NCBI GenBank assembly: GCA_002269645.1 | Contig: NIVC01000997.1 | Span: 186,001-250,000 of the forward strand | Length of the DNA stretch: 64,000 bases | Direction of reading: 5' to 3' | From: Macrostomum lignano | Taxonomy: Eukaryota | In this document: positions 1 through 12,270 of the stretch, one piece after another | Numbering within the stretch: position 1 is the first letter of the stretch | Layout: every line of letters begins with the position of its first letter | Notes under the pieces: model-generated | The model's database searches: none | Told to the model about the DNA's origin: nothing | What the model saw: the letters and a program-made list of their open reading frames with translations, nothing else | Program-made: the position numbers and the translations under genes

Positions 1-2403
1 TGCCGGTGGTGTTGGCGGCGGCTGCGGCTGCGGCGGCTGCAGCTGCGGCTGCTGCCAAAGTGGCCACGTCAATGTACTTGGCGCCGCTGGTTGGGCAGTC
101 TTTGGCCTTGCCTGCTGGGTTGCGGAAATGGAATGCGAAATGATGCTGCTTGGCTATGACTGCGTAGACTGGGTTGTGGGGCAGTTCCAGAGAGGGGATG
201 AGCTGTGAAAAAGGTAGAGATGGAGACGACAGAGGGAGAAAGCAAAAGAGGAGCAGGGAGAGCGGGAAGGGGAGAAGAAGATCGAGAGGGAGAAGGAGAG
301 GAGGTAGAGGCAAAGGGAGAGAGGGACAGGGAGATATAGAGGGAGTGAGGAGAGGAAGGGGAGGGAAAGGGAGACGGAGAGGGATAGGTAGATTGCAAAT
401 GGAGAGATAGAGGGAAGGAGAAAAGGAGAGGGAAGGGGGAGAGAGAGGGAGAGAGGGGAGGGGAAGAGTGAAAAGGAGAGGGAGAGGGAGAGTAAAAAGG
501 AGAGGGAGAGGAAGAGGGAGAGTAAAAAGGAGAGGGAGGGGGAGAGGGAGAGGGAGGGGGAGAGGGAGAGTAAAAAGGAGAGGGAGAGTAAAAAGGAGAG
601 GGAGAGGGAGAGGGAGGGAGAGGGAGAGGGAGGGAGAGGGAGAGTGAGGGAGAGGGAGAGTAAAAAGGAGAGGGAGAGGGAGAGGGAGGGAGAGGGAGAG
701 GGAGGGAGAGGGAGAGTGAGGGAGAGGGAGAGTGAGGGAGAGGGAGAGTGAGGGAGAGGGAGAGTGAGGGAGAGGGAGAGTGAGGGAGAGGGAGAGTAAA
801 AAGGAGAGGAAGAGGGAGAGGGAGGGAGTGGGAGAGGGAGGGAGAGGGAGGGAGAGGGAGGGAGAGGGAGAGAGAGAGGGAGGGAGAGGGAGGGAGAGGG
901 AGGGAGAGGGAGGGAGAGGGAGGGAGAGGGAGGGAGAGGGAGAGGAGAGGGAGAGGGAGGGAGAGGGAGGGAGAGGGAGGGAGAGGGAGAGGGAGAGGGA
1001 GAGGGAGGGAGAGGGAGGGAGAGGGAGAGGGAGGGAGAGGGAGAGGGAGGGAGAGGGAGAGGGAGAGGGAGGGAGAGGGAGAGGGAGGGAGAGGGAGAGG
1101 GAGGGAGAGGGAGAGGAGAGGGAGGGAGAGGGAGGGAGGGAGGGAGAGGGAGAGGGAGGGAGAGGGAGAGGAGGGAGAGGGAGGGAGAGGGAGAGGGAGG
1201 GAGAGGGAGAGGATTGAAAAGAGGAAAAAAGTTCAATGCAAGCCGAGAGAGGAGTGGGAATTAACGGCCGGAGAAACAGGGGAGTGGAATACTGAACTAC
1301 ACAAAGAATCACTAGAAGGCAAGAAGCGGGGAGGTGGTTCATCCAAGTCAAATGATCAACATTCCTCTCATTTTCTCCCATCAAACAGGATCGGTGCGTG
1401 ATAAAAGCTGAAGCAATTATATCCCCCGGCCAAAGGTGAAAATCATTAGGAAATAATCTCCAAAATACTGCTCAAGAATCTTTATTAGAATCCTCAGAAA
1501 AAAGCTGCTCAATCCCAATCAACACGGTCGGCCCTGTGTGTGAGCTGCTCTCACTGACAAGACTCCAAGGCCTGATACCCCGGCTTGCTTATGCAGCGGT
1601 AGACGCGCATATCCATGTCTGCTATATGATATAATGCAATGATGCCCTCGGGCTGCTAAAGCTCGCGATGCTTCTAGAGAGGCGTCAGAGATCCCCTTCT
1701 CTCTCTCTCCTGTTCTTTCTTCCCAAACCCGCGCCGCTGCTCTCAGCGGGAGGCGGTTTAACAAACTGCGCCCGAGGCCTCTGGCACAACTGCATGGCTC
1801 ACGTCGTCACTCTCTTGAGCACACACACAACTCACTCACACTCACACACACCCCTGAGGGCAAATTGTGGTCAAGGAACAAAACACAACGGAAAAATAAG
1901 GCTATATGTAGGCTCTCTAGGTGTGCGAGTTGATAACAAGATAGATACAGGCCTGCTTGTTCCGCCCTCCCAACTTGTAACGGCGAGTACTAGAAGGACT
2001 TGAGTAGTAGGTGTCGGCTTTATAATGAAAACACTTAGTTCTATGCATGCTATAGGCTGGTGGCAACTCGCTCTCTGAGATCAGAATTTCAAGTGCTTTT
2101 GGTGCCTTTTAACACAGGCTGCCAACCACCCCAAATTCTTCACACCTGTTTAACTTTGAGAGCAGCGATTTATAATGGGATCCACTTGAGCATAACGATA
2201 CCGATTATGCAGAGCTCTCCTCTGTGGAGTCCCTAAATCCATTCTTCAATTTGGTGCGAGAGAAAAGACTAAAAACCAAAAAATCAAAATATATTCCGTG
2301 GTTTTCTGCTTACCTTTGTGCATCAGTACTGGCGAATCGTAACCAGACTCCTCCATCAGTGCCTCCGACTGAAAGATAATAGAGGGTTTTGCTTGGATTT
2401 GCT

Positions 2404-2466
<63 letters not shown>

Positions 2467-2467
2467 G

Positions 2468-2522
<55 letters not shown>

Positions 2523-2543
2523 GTAGATAGATAGATAGGTAGA

Positions 2544-2581
<38 letters not shown>

Positions 2582-3522
2582 CGCAAGTCACAGTTAAAGT
2601 CACGCCAAGAAACCTGAGCCCCAATTACAGAGCGGTAATTCCAGCCCAACATCCCATCAAAGCACCCTAAGAACTGGGAACTGGGAAAATCTCCCAACGC
2701 ATTGACTTTCTCCACTTTCACCAGCGCTGGCAGCTGGCCCGCTCTGTGCAGTGCAATTTGATGCAGCTTTTTATAAATGGTGAAGCTGAGCAGCCCAGAA
2801 CTGACTGGTCATGCAGAGCCGGTTAATTACTGTCATTCTGAGCTCCGGTTTTATTTGGCACCGTCTGTAACACCTGCGACACAGTTTTAGCTGGCTTTTA
2901 ATTGTTCTGTTATCTTCCTCAGTTTGGCGGTTCTCGGCTCCATGGGGCTGATGGTTTGGTTGCGTCATCAAATCAGGGGATTCTGGGGCGTTTGAATTTG
3001 GAGAAATGAATTTCTAAGCCTATGGGGGTCAGAGTGCGAATTATGTTTTCTGCTGGGTTTTACAACCATCTCTTTGTAGAGATCAAATATGTGTGAGTAG
3101 TTAAAATTTAGTAAAATTTAGCGTTAGAAGTAGCGTGGTGACTCTACTGAGTAGACTGAGAAGTAGATTCGTGATACTGAGTAGAGTGAGAAGTAGAGTG
3201 ACATCTCAAATTTGTCAGAGAGAAATTTTTTGTGATGTATAGTGACTTGTAGATCAACGACCGAAGTTTGAATTCCGCTTAACAGCCGTATACCATTGCT
3301 ATAGCTGTACCTGTTATGTCAGTTATTCCTATTGTTCCACCTGTCTATTAGTATAAATAGCTCGTAGATAGACAGTCCCCACTCACCTTCACTACTTCCG
3401 CAGTAGTTTGATTGTACCTCTTCATCAACAGGGCATTGTGGCATGTTGTTGAATAAGTGGACATTGCAGCATTGTGCTCCTGATGCAGAGGAGTCAACTG
3501 CTGGGCTTGTTGAAGCTGCTGA

Positions 3523-3572
<50 letters not shown>

Positions 3573-5949
3573 ATAAGTGTGACCGAGTTGGTAGCCAACC
3601 TGCTGCTGCTGCTGGTATTGGTGATGCTGATAGCTAGATGCAAAATTCTGCCAGTCGTTGAACTCGAACTGGCACAAGAGAAAAGTTAAAGAAAGTCTTT
3701 AGTATAACGAAAAAATAAAAAATCTGTAAGAGAAATACATTAGTTTAAAGTCACTGAATCACTCAGGAGTGAGTTGCGAAGTACGCTCGTGTGTGTTGAA
3801 GGAAGTCAGACAGATGTGATGAAGATACAGGGAGAGAGAGAGAGAGCGAGAAAGTCACTGCAGAGATGTGATGAAGATACAGGGAGCGAGAGAAAGTCAC
3901 TGCAGAGATGTGATTAAGATACAGGGAGAGAGAGAGAAAGTCACTGCAGAGATGTGATGAAGATACAGGGAGAGAGAGAGAAAGTCACTGCAGAGATGTG
4001 ATGAAGATACAGGGAGAGAGAGAGAGCGAAAGTCACTGCAGAGATGTGATGAAGATACAGGGAGAGAGAGAGAGAGAAAGTCACTGACGGATGTGATGAA
4101 GATACAGGGAGAGAGAGAGTCACTGCAGAGATGTGATGAAGATACAGGGAGAGAGAGAGAGAGAAAGTCACTGCAGAGATGTGATGAAGATACAGGGAGA
4201 GAGATGATGAAGATACAGGGAGAGAGAGAGAAAGTCACTGCAGAGATGTGATGAAGATACAGGGAGAGAGAGAGAAAGTCACTGCAGAGATGTGATGAAG
4301 ATACAGGGAGAGAGAGAGAAAGTCACTGCAGAGATGTGATGAAGATACAGGGAGAGAGAGAGAAAGTCACTGCAGAGATGTGATGAAGATACAGGGAGAG
4401 AGAGAGAGAGAAAGTCACTGCAGAGATGTGATGAAGATACAGGGAGAGAGAGAGAGAGAAAGTCACTGCAGAGATGTGATGAAGATACAGGGAGAGAGAG
4501 AGAAAGTCACTGCAGAGATGTGATGAAGATACAGGGAGAGAGAGAGAGAGAAAGTCACTGCAGAGATGTGATGAAGATACAGGGAGAGAGAGAGAAAGTC
4601 ACTGCAGAGATGTGATGAAGATACAGGGAGAGAGAGAGAAAGTCACTGCAGAGATGTGATGAAGATACAGGGAGAGAGAGAGAGAGAAAGTCACTGCAGA
4701 GATGTGATGAAGATACAGGGAGAGAGAGAGAAAGTCACTGCAGAGATGTGATGAAGATACAGGGAGAGAGAGAGAAAGTCACTGCAGAGATGTGATGAAG
4801 ATACAGGGAGAGAGAGAGAGAGAAAGTCACTGCAGAGATGTGATGAAGATACAGGGAGAGAGAGAGAGAGAAAGTCACTGCAGAGATGTGATGAAGATAC
4901 AGGGAGAGAGAGAGAGAAAGTCACTGCAGAGATGTGATGAAGATACAGGGAGAGAGTCACTTAGTCTAGAGGATTAACGGCTGAAGCGGTTGAAAGTATC
5001 CTAGGCGATTTATTCTGCTATAGCAATATCAGATTGAATTTTTGAACCCCTCTCACCTGGTGCGGCAAATGCTGCTGCTGATAAGGATGCTGGTGATGAT
5101 GCTGTTGATTGTGATGGTGTGGGTGAGACGGAGCGTAGGGCGGAGGGAAGTACGGAGGCTGGAAGTCCATCATCATCGGATGATGAGGAACTGCCGGAAT
5201 CTCGTGCTGCTGCTGCTGCTGCTGCTGCAGTGTCGGTGGCGGTGGCGGCGGCGAGGCCCCAGACGATGCTGTGTTTTCAGGCGTACCCGGAGGTCCTCCA
5301 CCGATGCCTCTGTTGAAGCTGGCGTTCTGTTGGGCTGCGGCGGCGGCTGCAGCGGCGGCTGCGGCTGCGTGCTGAAGATCCTGACGACGTTCCTGCAGGT
5401 GATGGGGAGTCGAGGTAGGGGAGAAAAATAAAAAGTTGGATGTGGGATTGATTGAGAATAAGTGAGATTACAGAGGAAATGGGTGAGATTAGAGATAAAA
5501 AATGAGCGAGATTAGAGAGGGGGAATGGGTGAGATTATACATTGTGAGATTAGAGAGGGAGAATGGATGAGATTAGAAGGGGGAGAATGGTGAGATTAGA
5601 GCGGGCGGGCGTATGGGTGAAATTAGAGCGGGCGAATGGGTGAGATTAGAGCGGGCGAACGGGTGAGATTAGAGTGGGCGAATGGGTGAGATTAGAGCGG
5701 GCGAATGGGTGAGATTAGAGCGGGCGAATAGGTGAGATTAGAGCGGGCGAATGGGTGAGATTAGAGCGGGCAAATGGGTGAGATTAGAGGTAAAGAATGA
5801 GTGACTATATATAGTGGGATAATCGAGCGAGAATTAGTGCGATAAGAGTTTGACCCCTGAGTAATTAAAAGCAAGAGAAAAACACGAATTTCACTTACCG
5901 TGTATTCGTGGTAGCTAACCAGCCTCTGATGATGGTCGAGCACAGGCAT
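1..5949 (-). CDS. TFAP2: Transcription factor AP-2, N-terminal part (gene runs off the left edge); exons 5949-5899, 5392-5057, 3668-3387, 202-<1
   Basis: Spliced translation [17 protein letters not shown]|ERRQDLQH...[14 protein letters not shown]...|FEFNDWQ...EVVK|LIPSLELPH...; [11 protein letters not shown] is the AP-2 PY transactivation motif. All junctions are GT-AG, phase 0, with exon lengths 51, 336 and 282. The DNA-binding domain is not in the window, and exon 4 is the least certain. Confidence 0.85.
210..1235 (+). repeat. GA-only low-complexity tract (GGGAGA/GAGG variants) in TFAP2 intron 3
   Basis: About 1 kb of almost pure purines on the + strand; the ORFs over it are LPSP/RE artefacts. 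Confidence 0.95.
1644..1861. promoter_or_regulatory. Cluster of AP-2-type binding sites (candidate autoregulatory enhancer)
   Basis: GCCCTCGGGC 1644-1653, GCCCGAGGC 1770-1778, GCCTCTGGC 1777-1785 and CCCTGAGGGC 1852-1861 match GCCN3/4GGC or SCCTSRGGS. Confidence 0.4.
2404..2580 (+). repeat. (GATA)n/(GACA)n microsatellite
   Basis: Direct reading. Confidence 0.97.
2581..3072. repeat. Dispersed ~490-bp repeat, copy A, abutting a (GATA)n tract
   Basis: Near-identical (roughly 90% by eye) to 21865-22353 in the same orientation; both copies directly follow a (GATA)n tract. Confidence 0.85.
3806..4957 (+). repeat. Compound minisatellite GAAAGTCACTGCAGAGATGTGATGAAGATACAGGGA(GA)n, ~41-47 bp, in TFAP2 intron 2
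   Basis: About 26 tandem units that differ mainly in (GA)n length. Confidence 0.95.
5520..5790 (+). repeat. 23-bp minisatellite GGGTGAGATTAGAGCGGGCGAAT in TFAP2 intron 1
   Basis: About 11 units, degenerate at the left edge. Confidence 0.9.
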
Positions 5950-6149
5950 ATCGTATCAACTATAAACTCAAGGCTTGAATTTTCTAGCACGGAGAAATAA
6001 CAACCTAGCTCGAGACTTTTATCTGAATAAATGAAAAAATAAAATTATGATTATGAGATTGTATTGAGACTGAAGCAATGACTCCAACACTATAGTTTAT
6101 ATAGGGCAGGCTTTTCTGTAGTCAAAACTCAAAACCCAACACCCCATTA

Positions 6150-6310
6150 TATTTGCTGACAAAACCAAGGGGAGGGTGCTGGGCCGGTCTGAGTGAGTAG
6201 GGGGAGAGTTGAGTTCTCAAGTTTGGAGGGGGATCAGAGGAGTCTCCGAGGTCGCAGCCAATGAGAGGCCCGCTTTGAGTCGTTCTTATTGGCTAGTCTT
6301 TGTTATGGCG
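6150..6310 (-). promoter_or_regulatory. Probable TFAP2 proximal promoter (GC-rich, two CCAAT boxes)
   Basis: GCCAAT at ~6258 and ATTGGC at ~6288, 200-350 bp upstream of the ATG at 5949; positional inference only. Confidence 0.3.
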
Positions 6311-6728
6311 AACTTACCTTCACTAATAGCCAGGCTCGCTTTTTATGTTTCAATTTACAGGGGTTGGGGTCTGCTGACCCCTCTGACATCCTGGTTTCGC
6401 ATAGGATTAACAGATTGAGTTCATGTTTAGTCCGATCTGGTCTGAGTCATTGCAGGGACTTAAGCAACAGTAGACTTGACTCAACAGACATCTGTTAATG
6501 CTGATGAGTTGTTAAGTTGTTTTAATAAAACGAATTGAATATGAGAATTAGCAAAATTTGCATTGGCTATATCTTGTCTGTCAGGGCATTAGCAAGATTC
6601 ATATTCATGAAAGTGAAGTAGACGATAGGGAGTCAAAGGCTGTTGACAATTAAGTGCGATCTGATAGTCTGAATCAACTATTAGTGTCTTCTTCTTAGTT
6701 CTCACGGCTGTATGAGAAATTAAACATG

Positions 6729-7622
6729 TTGCTTCTAGTGGCGCTTCTAGTGGCGCTTCTAATGGCGCTTCTAGTGGCACTTCTAGTGGCGCTCCTAGTG
6801 GCGCTTCTAGTGGCGCTTCTAGTGATGCTTCTAATGGCGCTTCTAGTGGCGCTCCTAGTGGCGCTTCTAGTGACGCTTCTAGTGGCACTTCTAGTGGCGC
6901 TCCTAGTGGCGCTTCTAGTGGTGCTTCTAGTGGCGCTTCTAGTGGCGCTTCTAGTGGCGCTTCTAGTGGCGCTTCTAGTGGCGCTTCTAGTGGCGCTTCT
7001 AGTGGCGCTTCTAATGGCGCTTCTAGTGATGCTTCTAATGGCGCTTCTAGTGGCGCTTCTAGTGACGCTGCTAATGGCGCTTCTAGTGATGCTTCTAGTG
7101 GCGCTTCTAGTGGGCGCTCCTAATGGCGCTTCTAGTGGCGCTTCTAATGGCGCTTCTAGTGATGCTTCTAGTGGGCGCTTCTAGTGGCGCTTCTAGTGGC
7201 GCTTCTAGTGGCGCTTCTAGTGGCGCTTCTAATGGCGCTTCTAGTGGCGCTTCTAATGGCGCTTCTAGTGATGCTTTTAGTGGCGCTTCTAGTGGCGCTT
7301 CTAATGATGCTTTTAGTGGCGCTTCTAGTGGCGCTTCTAGTGGCGCTTCTAATGGCGCTTCTAATGGCGCTTCTAGTGGCGCTTCTAGTGGCGCTTCTAG
7401 TGGCGCTTCTAATGGCGCTTCTAGTGGCGCTTCTAATGGCGCTTCTAGTGATGCTTTTAGTGGCGCTTCTAGTGGCGCTTTTAGTGGCGCTTCTAGTGGC
7501 GCTTCTAATGGCGCTTCTAATGGCGCTTCTAGTGGCGCTTCTAGTGGCGCTTCTAATCGCACTTTTAATGACACTTTTAGTTGCACTTTTAGTGGCGCTT
7601 CTAGAAAGTCTAGTGGCGCTTC
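6729..7622 (+). repeat. 12-bp minisatellite GCGCTTCTAGTG
   Basis: About 74 units; the LEAP/ALLV ORFs are artefacts. Confidence 0.95.
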
Positions 7623-8164
7623 CACAGGCTACATTTATATCGCCATTTTCGAGACAGTGAAATTGCGCCCATCCCATTTTACACGCGTAAATCTCAACCA
7701 CCATGGCAACAAATAAAATAGTTGTACACAATCATGAGCTATGCTAAATTGCTTTCGCTAAATGGTCAGAAAAAATCGGAATGCTTGCCATTATTGGAAT
7801 ATAATTGCCCTAATTGCAATGCTCAGATTTAGCTAAATTGCTCACTTTTTACCTATAACTATGAATATGAATAAAAAAGCGCAACAATACAAATGTGAAA
7901 AATGCTTTAATAAATTAACAAAGAAATGTTATTGGGACAAATATGCCTCTAATTATTCAATTCATCAAAGTGAAACTTCCATGATAAAATTGGAAAATAT
8001 GACTTACCTTCATTAGCACCCGTTGGTTTAAAAATTTTCAGCCTATGATGATGCAACTTATTTTGTCAGCTGAGAGAAATGAATATTTATTTTATTTTTA
8101 TTCTATTTTACTAAATCAAATTTATTTCAGGCGCCCAGCCACGCTTATGGAAATCTCTGCATAG

Positions 8165-9695
8165 TCCCACACTCTCTATCCCACACCCTCTACAGAATCG
8201 ATCCCACACCCTCTACAGAATCGATCCCGCACTCTATCTCACACTACAGAATAGATCCCGCACTCTCTATCTCACACCACAGAATAGATCCCGCACTCTC
8301 TATCTCACACCACAGAATAGATCCCGCACTCTCTATCTCACACCACAGAATAGATCCCGCACTCTCTATCTCACACCACAGAATAGATCCCGCACTCTCT
8401 ATCCCACACTACAGAATAGATCCCGCACTCTTTATCCCACACTACAGAATAGATCCCGCACTCTCTATCCCACACCACAGAATAGATCCCGCACTCTTTA
8501 TCCCACACTACAGAATAGATCCCGCACTCTCTATCTCACACCACAGAATAGATCCCGCACTCTCTATCTCACACTAAAGAATAGATCCCGCACTCTCTAT
8601 CTCACACCACAGAATAGATCCCGCACTCTTTATCTCACACTACAGAATAGATCCCGCACTCTCTATCTCACACCACAGAATAGATCCCGCACTCTCTATC
8701 TCACACCACAGAATAGATCCCGCACTCTCTATCTCACACTACAGAATAGATCCCGCACTCTCTATCTCACACCACAGAATAGATCCCGCACTCTCTATCT
8801 CACACCACAGAATAGATCCCGCACTCTCTATCTCACACTACAGAATAGATCCCGCACTCTCTATCTCACACTAAAGAATAGATCCCGCACTCTCTATCTC
8901 ACACTACAGAATAGATCCCGCACTCTCTATCTCACACCACAGAATAGATCCCGCACTCTCTATCTCACACTACAGAATAGATCCCGCACTCTCTATCTCA
9001 CACCACAGAATAGATCCCGCACTCTCTATCTCACACTACAGAATAGATCCCGCACTCTTTATCCCACACTACAGAATAGATCCCGCATTCTCTATCTCAC
9101 ACCACAGAATAGATCCCGCACTCTCTATCTCACACTAAAGAATAGATCCCGCACTCTCTATCTCACACTACAGAATAGATCCCGCACTCTCTATCTCACA
9201 CTACAGAATAGATCCCGCACTCTCTATCTCACACCACAGAATAGATCCCGCACTCTCTATCTCACACTACAGAATAGATCCCGCACTCTCTATCTCACAC
9301 TACAGAATAGATCCCGCACTCTCTATCTCACACTACAGAATAGATCCCGCACTCTCTATCTCACACTAAAGAATAGATCCCGCACTCTCCATCTCACACT
9401 ACAGAATAGATCCCGCACTCTTTATCCCACACTACAGAATAGATCCCGCACTCTCTATCTCACACTACAGAATAGATCCCGCACTCTCCATCTCACACTA
9501 CAGAATAGATCCCGCACTCTCCATCTCACACTACAGAATAGATCCCGCACTCTCCATCTCACACTACAGAATAGATCCCGCACTCTTTATCCCACACTAC
9601 AGAATAGATCCCGCACTCTCTAACCCACACTACAGAATAGACCCCCTCACTCTATCCCACACTCTCTGCAGAATCGATCCCACACTACAGAACCT
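8165..9695 (+). repeat. 33-bp minisatellite CAGAATAGATCCCGCACTCTCTATCTCACACTA
   Basis: Period 33 (e.g. 8280 to 8313); over 40 units with degenerate edges. Confidence 0.95.
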
Positions 9696-10434
9696 ATCCC
9701 ACACTTCATCTAAATATATCCCATCCTCACTTCAAGCATATCCCACACACCTATCTGAATTTCGTCTAATTCTATGCTTCATGCATCCCATACCAAATAA
9801 TTGCTCTAATTTTAGAAAGTTTTCAAATATTGTACAACTGTAGCTGCTGTATGAAAAAAATTATAATTTTACTTTTTTCGACAGGGGCAGTTCAATAATT
9901 TTCACGCGCTGTACAAGGTCCGCACTCGGGATAATTACTGGGACTATTTTTGATGATAATGACTGATAAAGAACCGCAGGCCACATGTTACACTCTGTAT
10001 TGTACTATCCCTATATTTTCAAGTCATGCAAAGTGAAAAGTCAAGAACGCATGCTAAGGATAGGAACTGGTTGGTTTTGTTCGTGTTTTAACAAAATCTT
10101 CATATTTCAGATTTTGATCAAATATATGGAATGTAAAAGTGGAATGAATAGAACGGGATCGCTTGCATTGTCTCCGTTGTTCAGCCAACATCCCTCGGGG
10201 CGTATTTAACTGGACTGACTAACCAACTGGATATAGATAGAATATAGTTAGTGTGGTTAGAAGATGTTCGATTGGAATTTGGCTTATATTCGATTTGTGT
10301 AGATTGGATTTAACAACTATTTAGCACGCAATTATAGGAATAATTGGCTGTCTTATCTGGGACTGACGGGACTTTCTAAAAACCAACTGTGTGCATGTAT
10401 GGGCCTTTTGAGTGCAGATTCCTACATCTGTTCA

Positions 10435-11475
10435 GTTCAGAGTGGGTGGCGCCAGTGTCTATGGCAGTTCAGAGTGGGTGGCGCCAGTGTCTATGGCAGT
10501 TCAGAGTGGGTGGCGCCAATGTCTATAGGACTTCAGGGTAGGTGGCGCCAGTGTCTATGGCAGTTCAGAGTGGGTGGCGCCAGTGTCTATGGGACTTCAG
10601 AGTGGGTGGCGCCAGTGTCTATGGCAGTTCAGAGTGGGTGGCGCCAGTGTCTATGGCAGTTCAGAGTGGGTGGCGCCAGTGTCTATGGCAGTTCAGAGTG
10701 GGTGGCGCCAGTGTCTATGGGACTTCAGAGTAGGTGGCGCCAGTGTCTATGGCAGTTCAGAGTGGGTGGCGCCAATGTCTATGGCAGTTCAGAGTGGGTG
10801 GCGCCAGTGTCTATGGCAGTTCAGAGTGGGTGGCGCCAGTGTCTATGGGAGTTCAGAGTGGGTGGCGCCAGTGTCTATGGCAGTTCAGAGTGGGTGGCGC
10901 CAGTGTCTATGGCAGTTCAGAGTGGGTGGCGCCAGTGTCTATGGGACTTCAGGGTAGGCGGCGCCACTGTCAATGGGAGTTCAAAGTGGCGCTAATGTCT
11001 ATGGCAGATCAGAGTGGGCGCCAATGTCTATGGGAGTTAAAAAAGGGTGGCGCCAATGTCTATGGCAGATCAGAGTGGGCGCCAATGTCTATGGCAGATC
11101 AGAGTGGCGCCACTGTCTGTGGGAGTTCAGAGTGGGTGGCGCCACTGTCTATGGGACTTCAGGGTAGATGGCGCCACTGTCTATGGCAGTTCAGAGTGGG
11201 TGGTGCCAGTGTCTATGGCAGTTTAGAGTGGGTGGCGCCACTGTCTATGGGACTTCAGGGCAGGTGGCGCCAGTGTCTATGGCAGTTCAGAGTGAGTGGC
11301 ACCAGTGTCTATGGCAGTTCAGAGTGAGTGGCGCCAGTGTCTATGGCAGTTCAGAGTGGGTGGCGCCAGTGTCTATGGCAGTTCAGAGTGGGTGACGCCA
11401 GTGTCTGGCAGTTCAGAGTGGATGACGCCAATATTGATGGAAGTTTAAGAAGGATAGCGCCAATGTCTATGGGTT
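10435..11475 (+). repeat. 32-bp minisatellite AGTGTCTATGGCAGTTCAGAGTGGGTGGCGCC
   Basis: About 31 units with recurring GGACTTCAGGGTAGG variants. Confidence 0.95.
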
Positions 11476-12011
11476 GAAGGCGCCAATATTCATAGGCTTC
11501 TGCCTAAATTTAAGAACGAATTCAATTAAAGACTATTAATTTCGCAATGAAAATTCGATACGAAAGATGGCAAACAAAGACTATAAGACAAAGACTAAAA
11601 CAAGGATCTTTAGAGCTGTTTCATCAATTTTTAGCATCAATTGTTGTTTTAGTTGGCCAGACTTTGACCCAAGTTTTGGACAGCAAAAAAAGTTTTTTAA
11701 GAACTCTCTATAGTTGATTTAGCTGTCAGTCATTTCTACAGAATGGCACATTGTAGGAATGCGTCCACTTAGCCAGCCCATTTCTGCTTAGGGAAACTGG
11801 ACCCTCGTCAAGTGAAGCTGTCAGAGATTTTTAAAAAAACTTGATTCTTTTGACGGGTGCTTGAACTTATCTTCATATGTACATGCTCTGCTTGATCCAG
11901 GTAGCGAGCTGTTTAGGGAAATGAGCAGTTCGATATGACAGGGTATTTAAAATCTTCTCTAAAATTTTCTGTTCTAAAAAATCGCTTGACGAGGCAATTT
12001 AAGATTGAAAT

Positions 12012-12270
12012 AGGCGCCAAAAATAATTTTAAATGGCCCTGAATGGCGCTAAAATGAATCTAAATAGCGCCAAAATGAATCTAAATAGCGCCAAAATGAA
12101 TCTAAATAGCGCCAAAATGAATTTAAATAGCGCCAAAATGAATCTAAATAGCGCCAAAATGAATCTAAATAGCGCCAAAATGAATCTAAATAGCGCCAAA
12201 ATGGATCCAAATGGCGCCAAAATGGATCTAAATAGCGCCAAAATTAGTCTAAATGGCGCCAAAATGATTC
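12012..12270 (+). repeat. 21-bp minisatellite AAATAGCGCCAAAATGAATCT
   Basis: About 12 units; nearly all contain GCGCCAAA (TTTGGCGC on the minus strand). Confidence 0.92.

Noticed and set aside
8165-11475. 33- and 32-bp arrays as CRISPR
   Set aside because: The units are head-to-tail with no unique spacers, there are no cas genes, and the context is eukaryotic.
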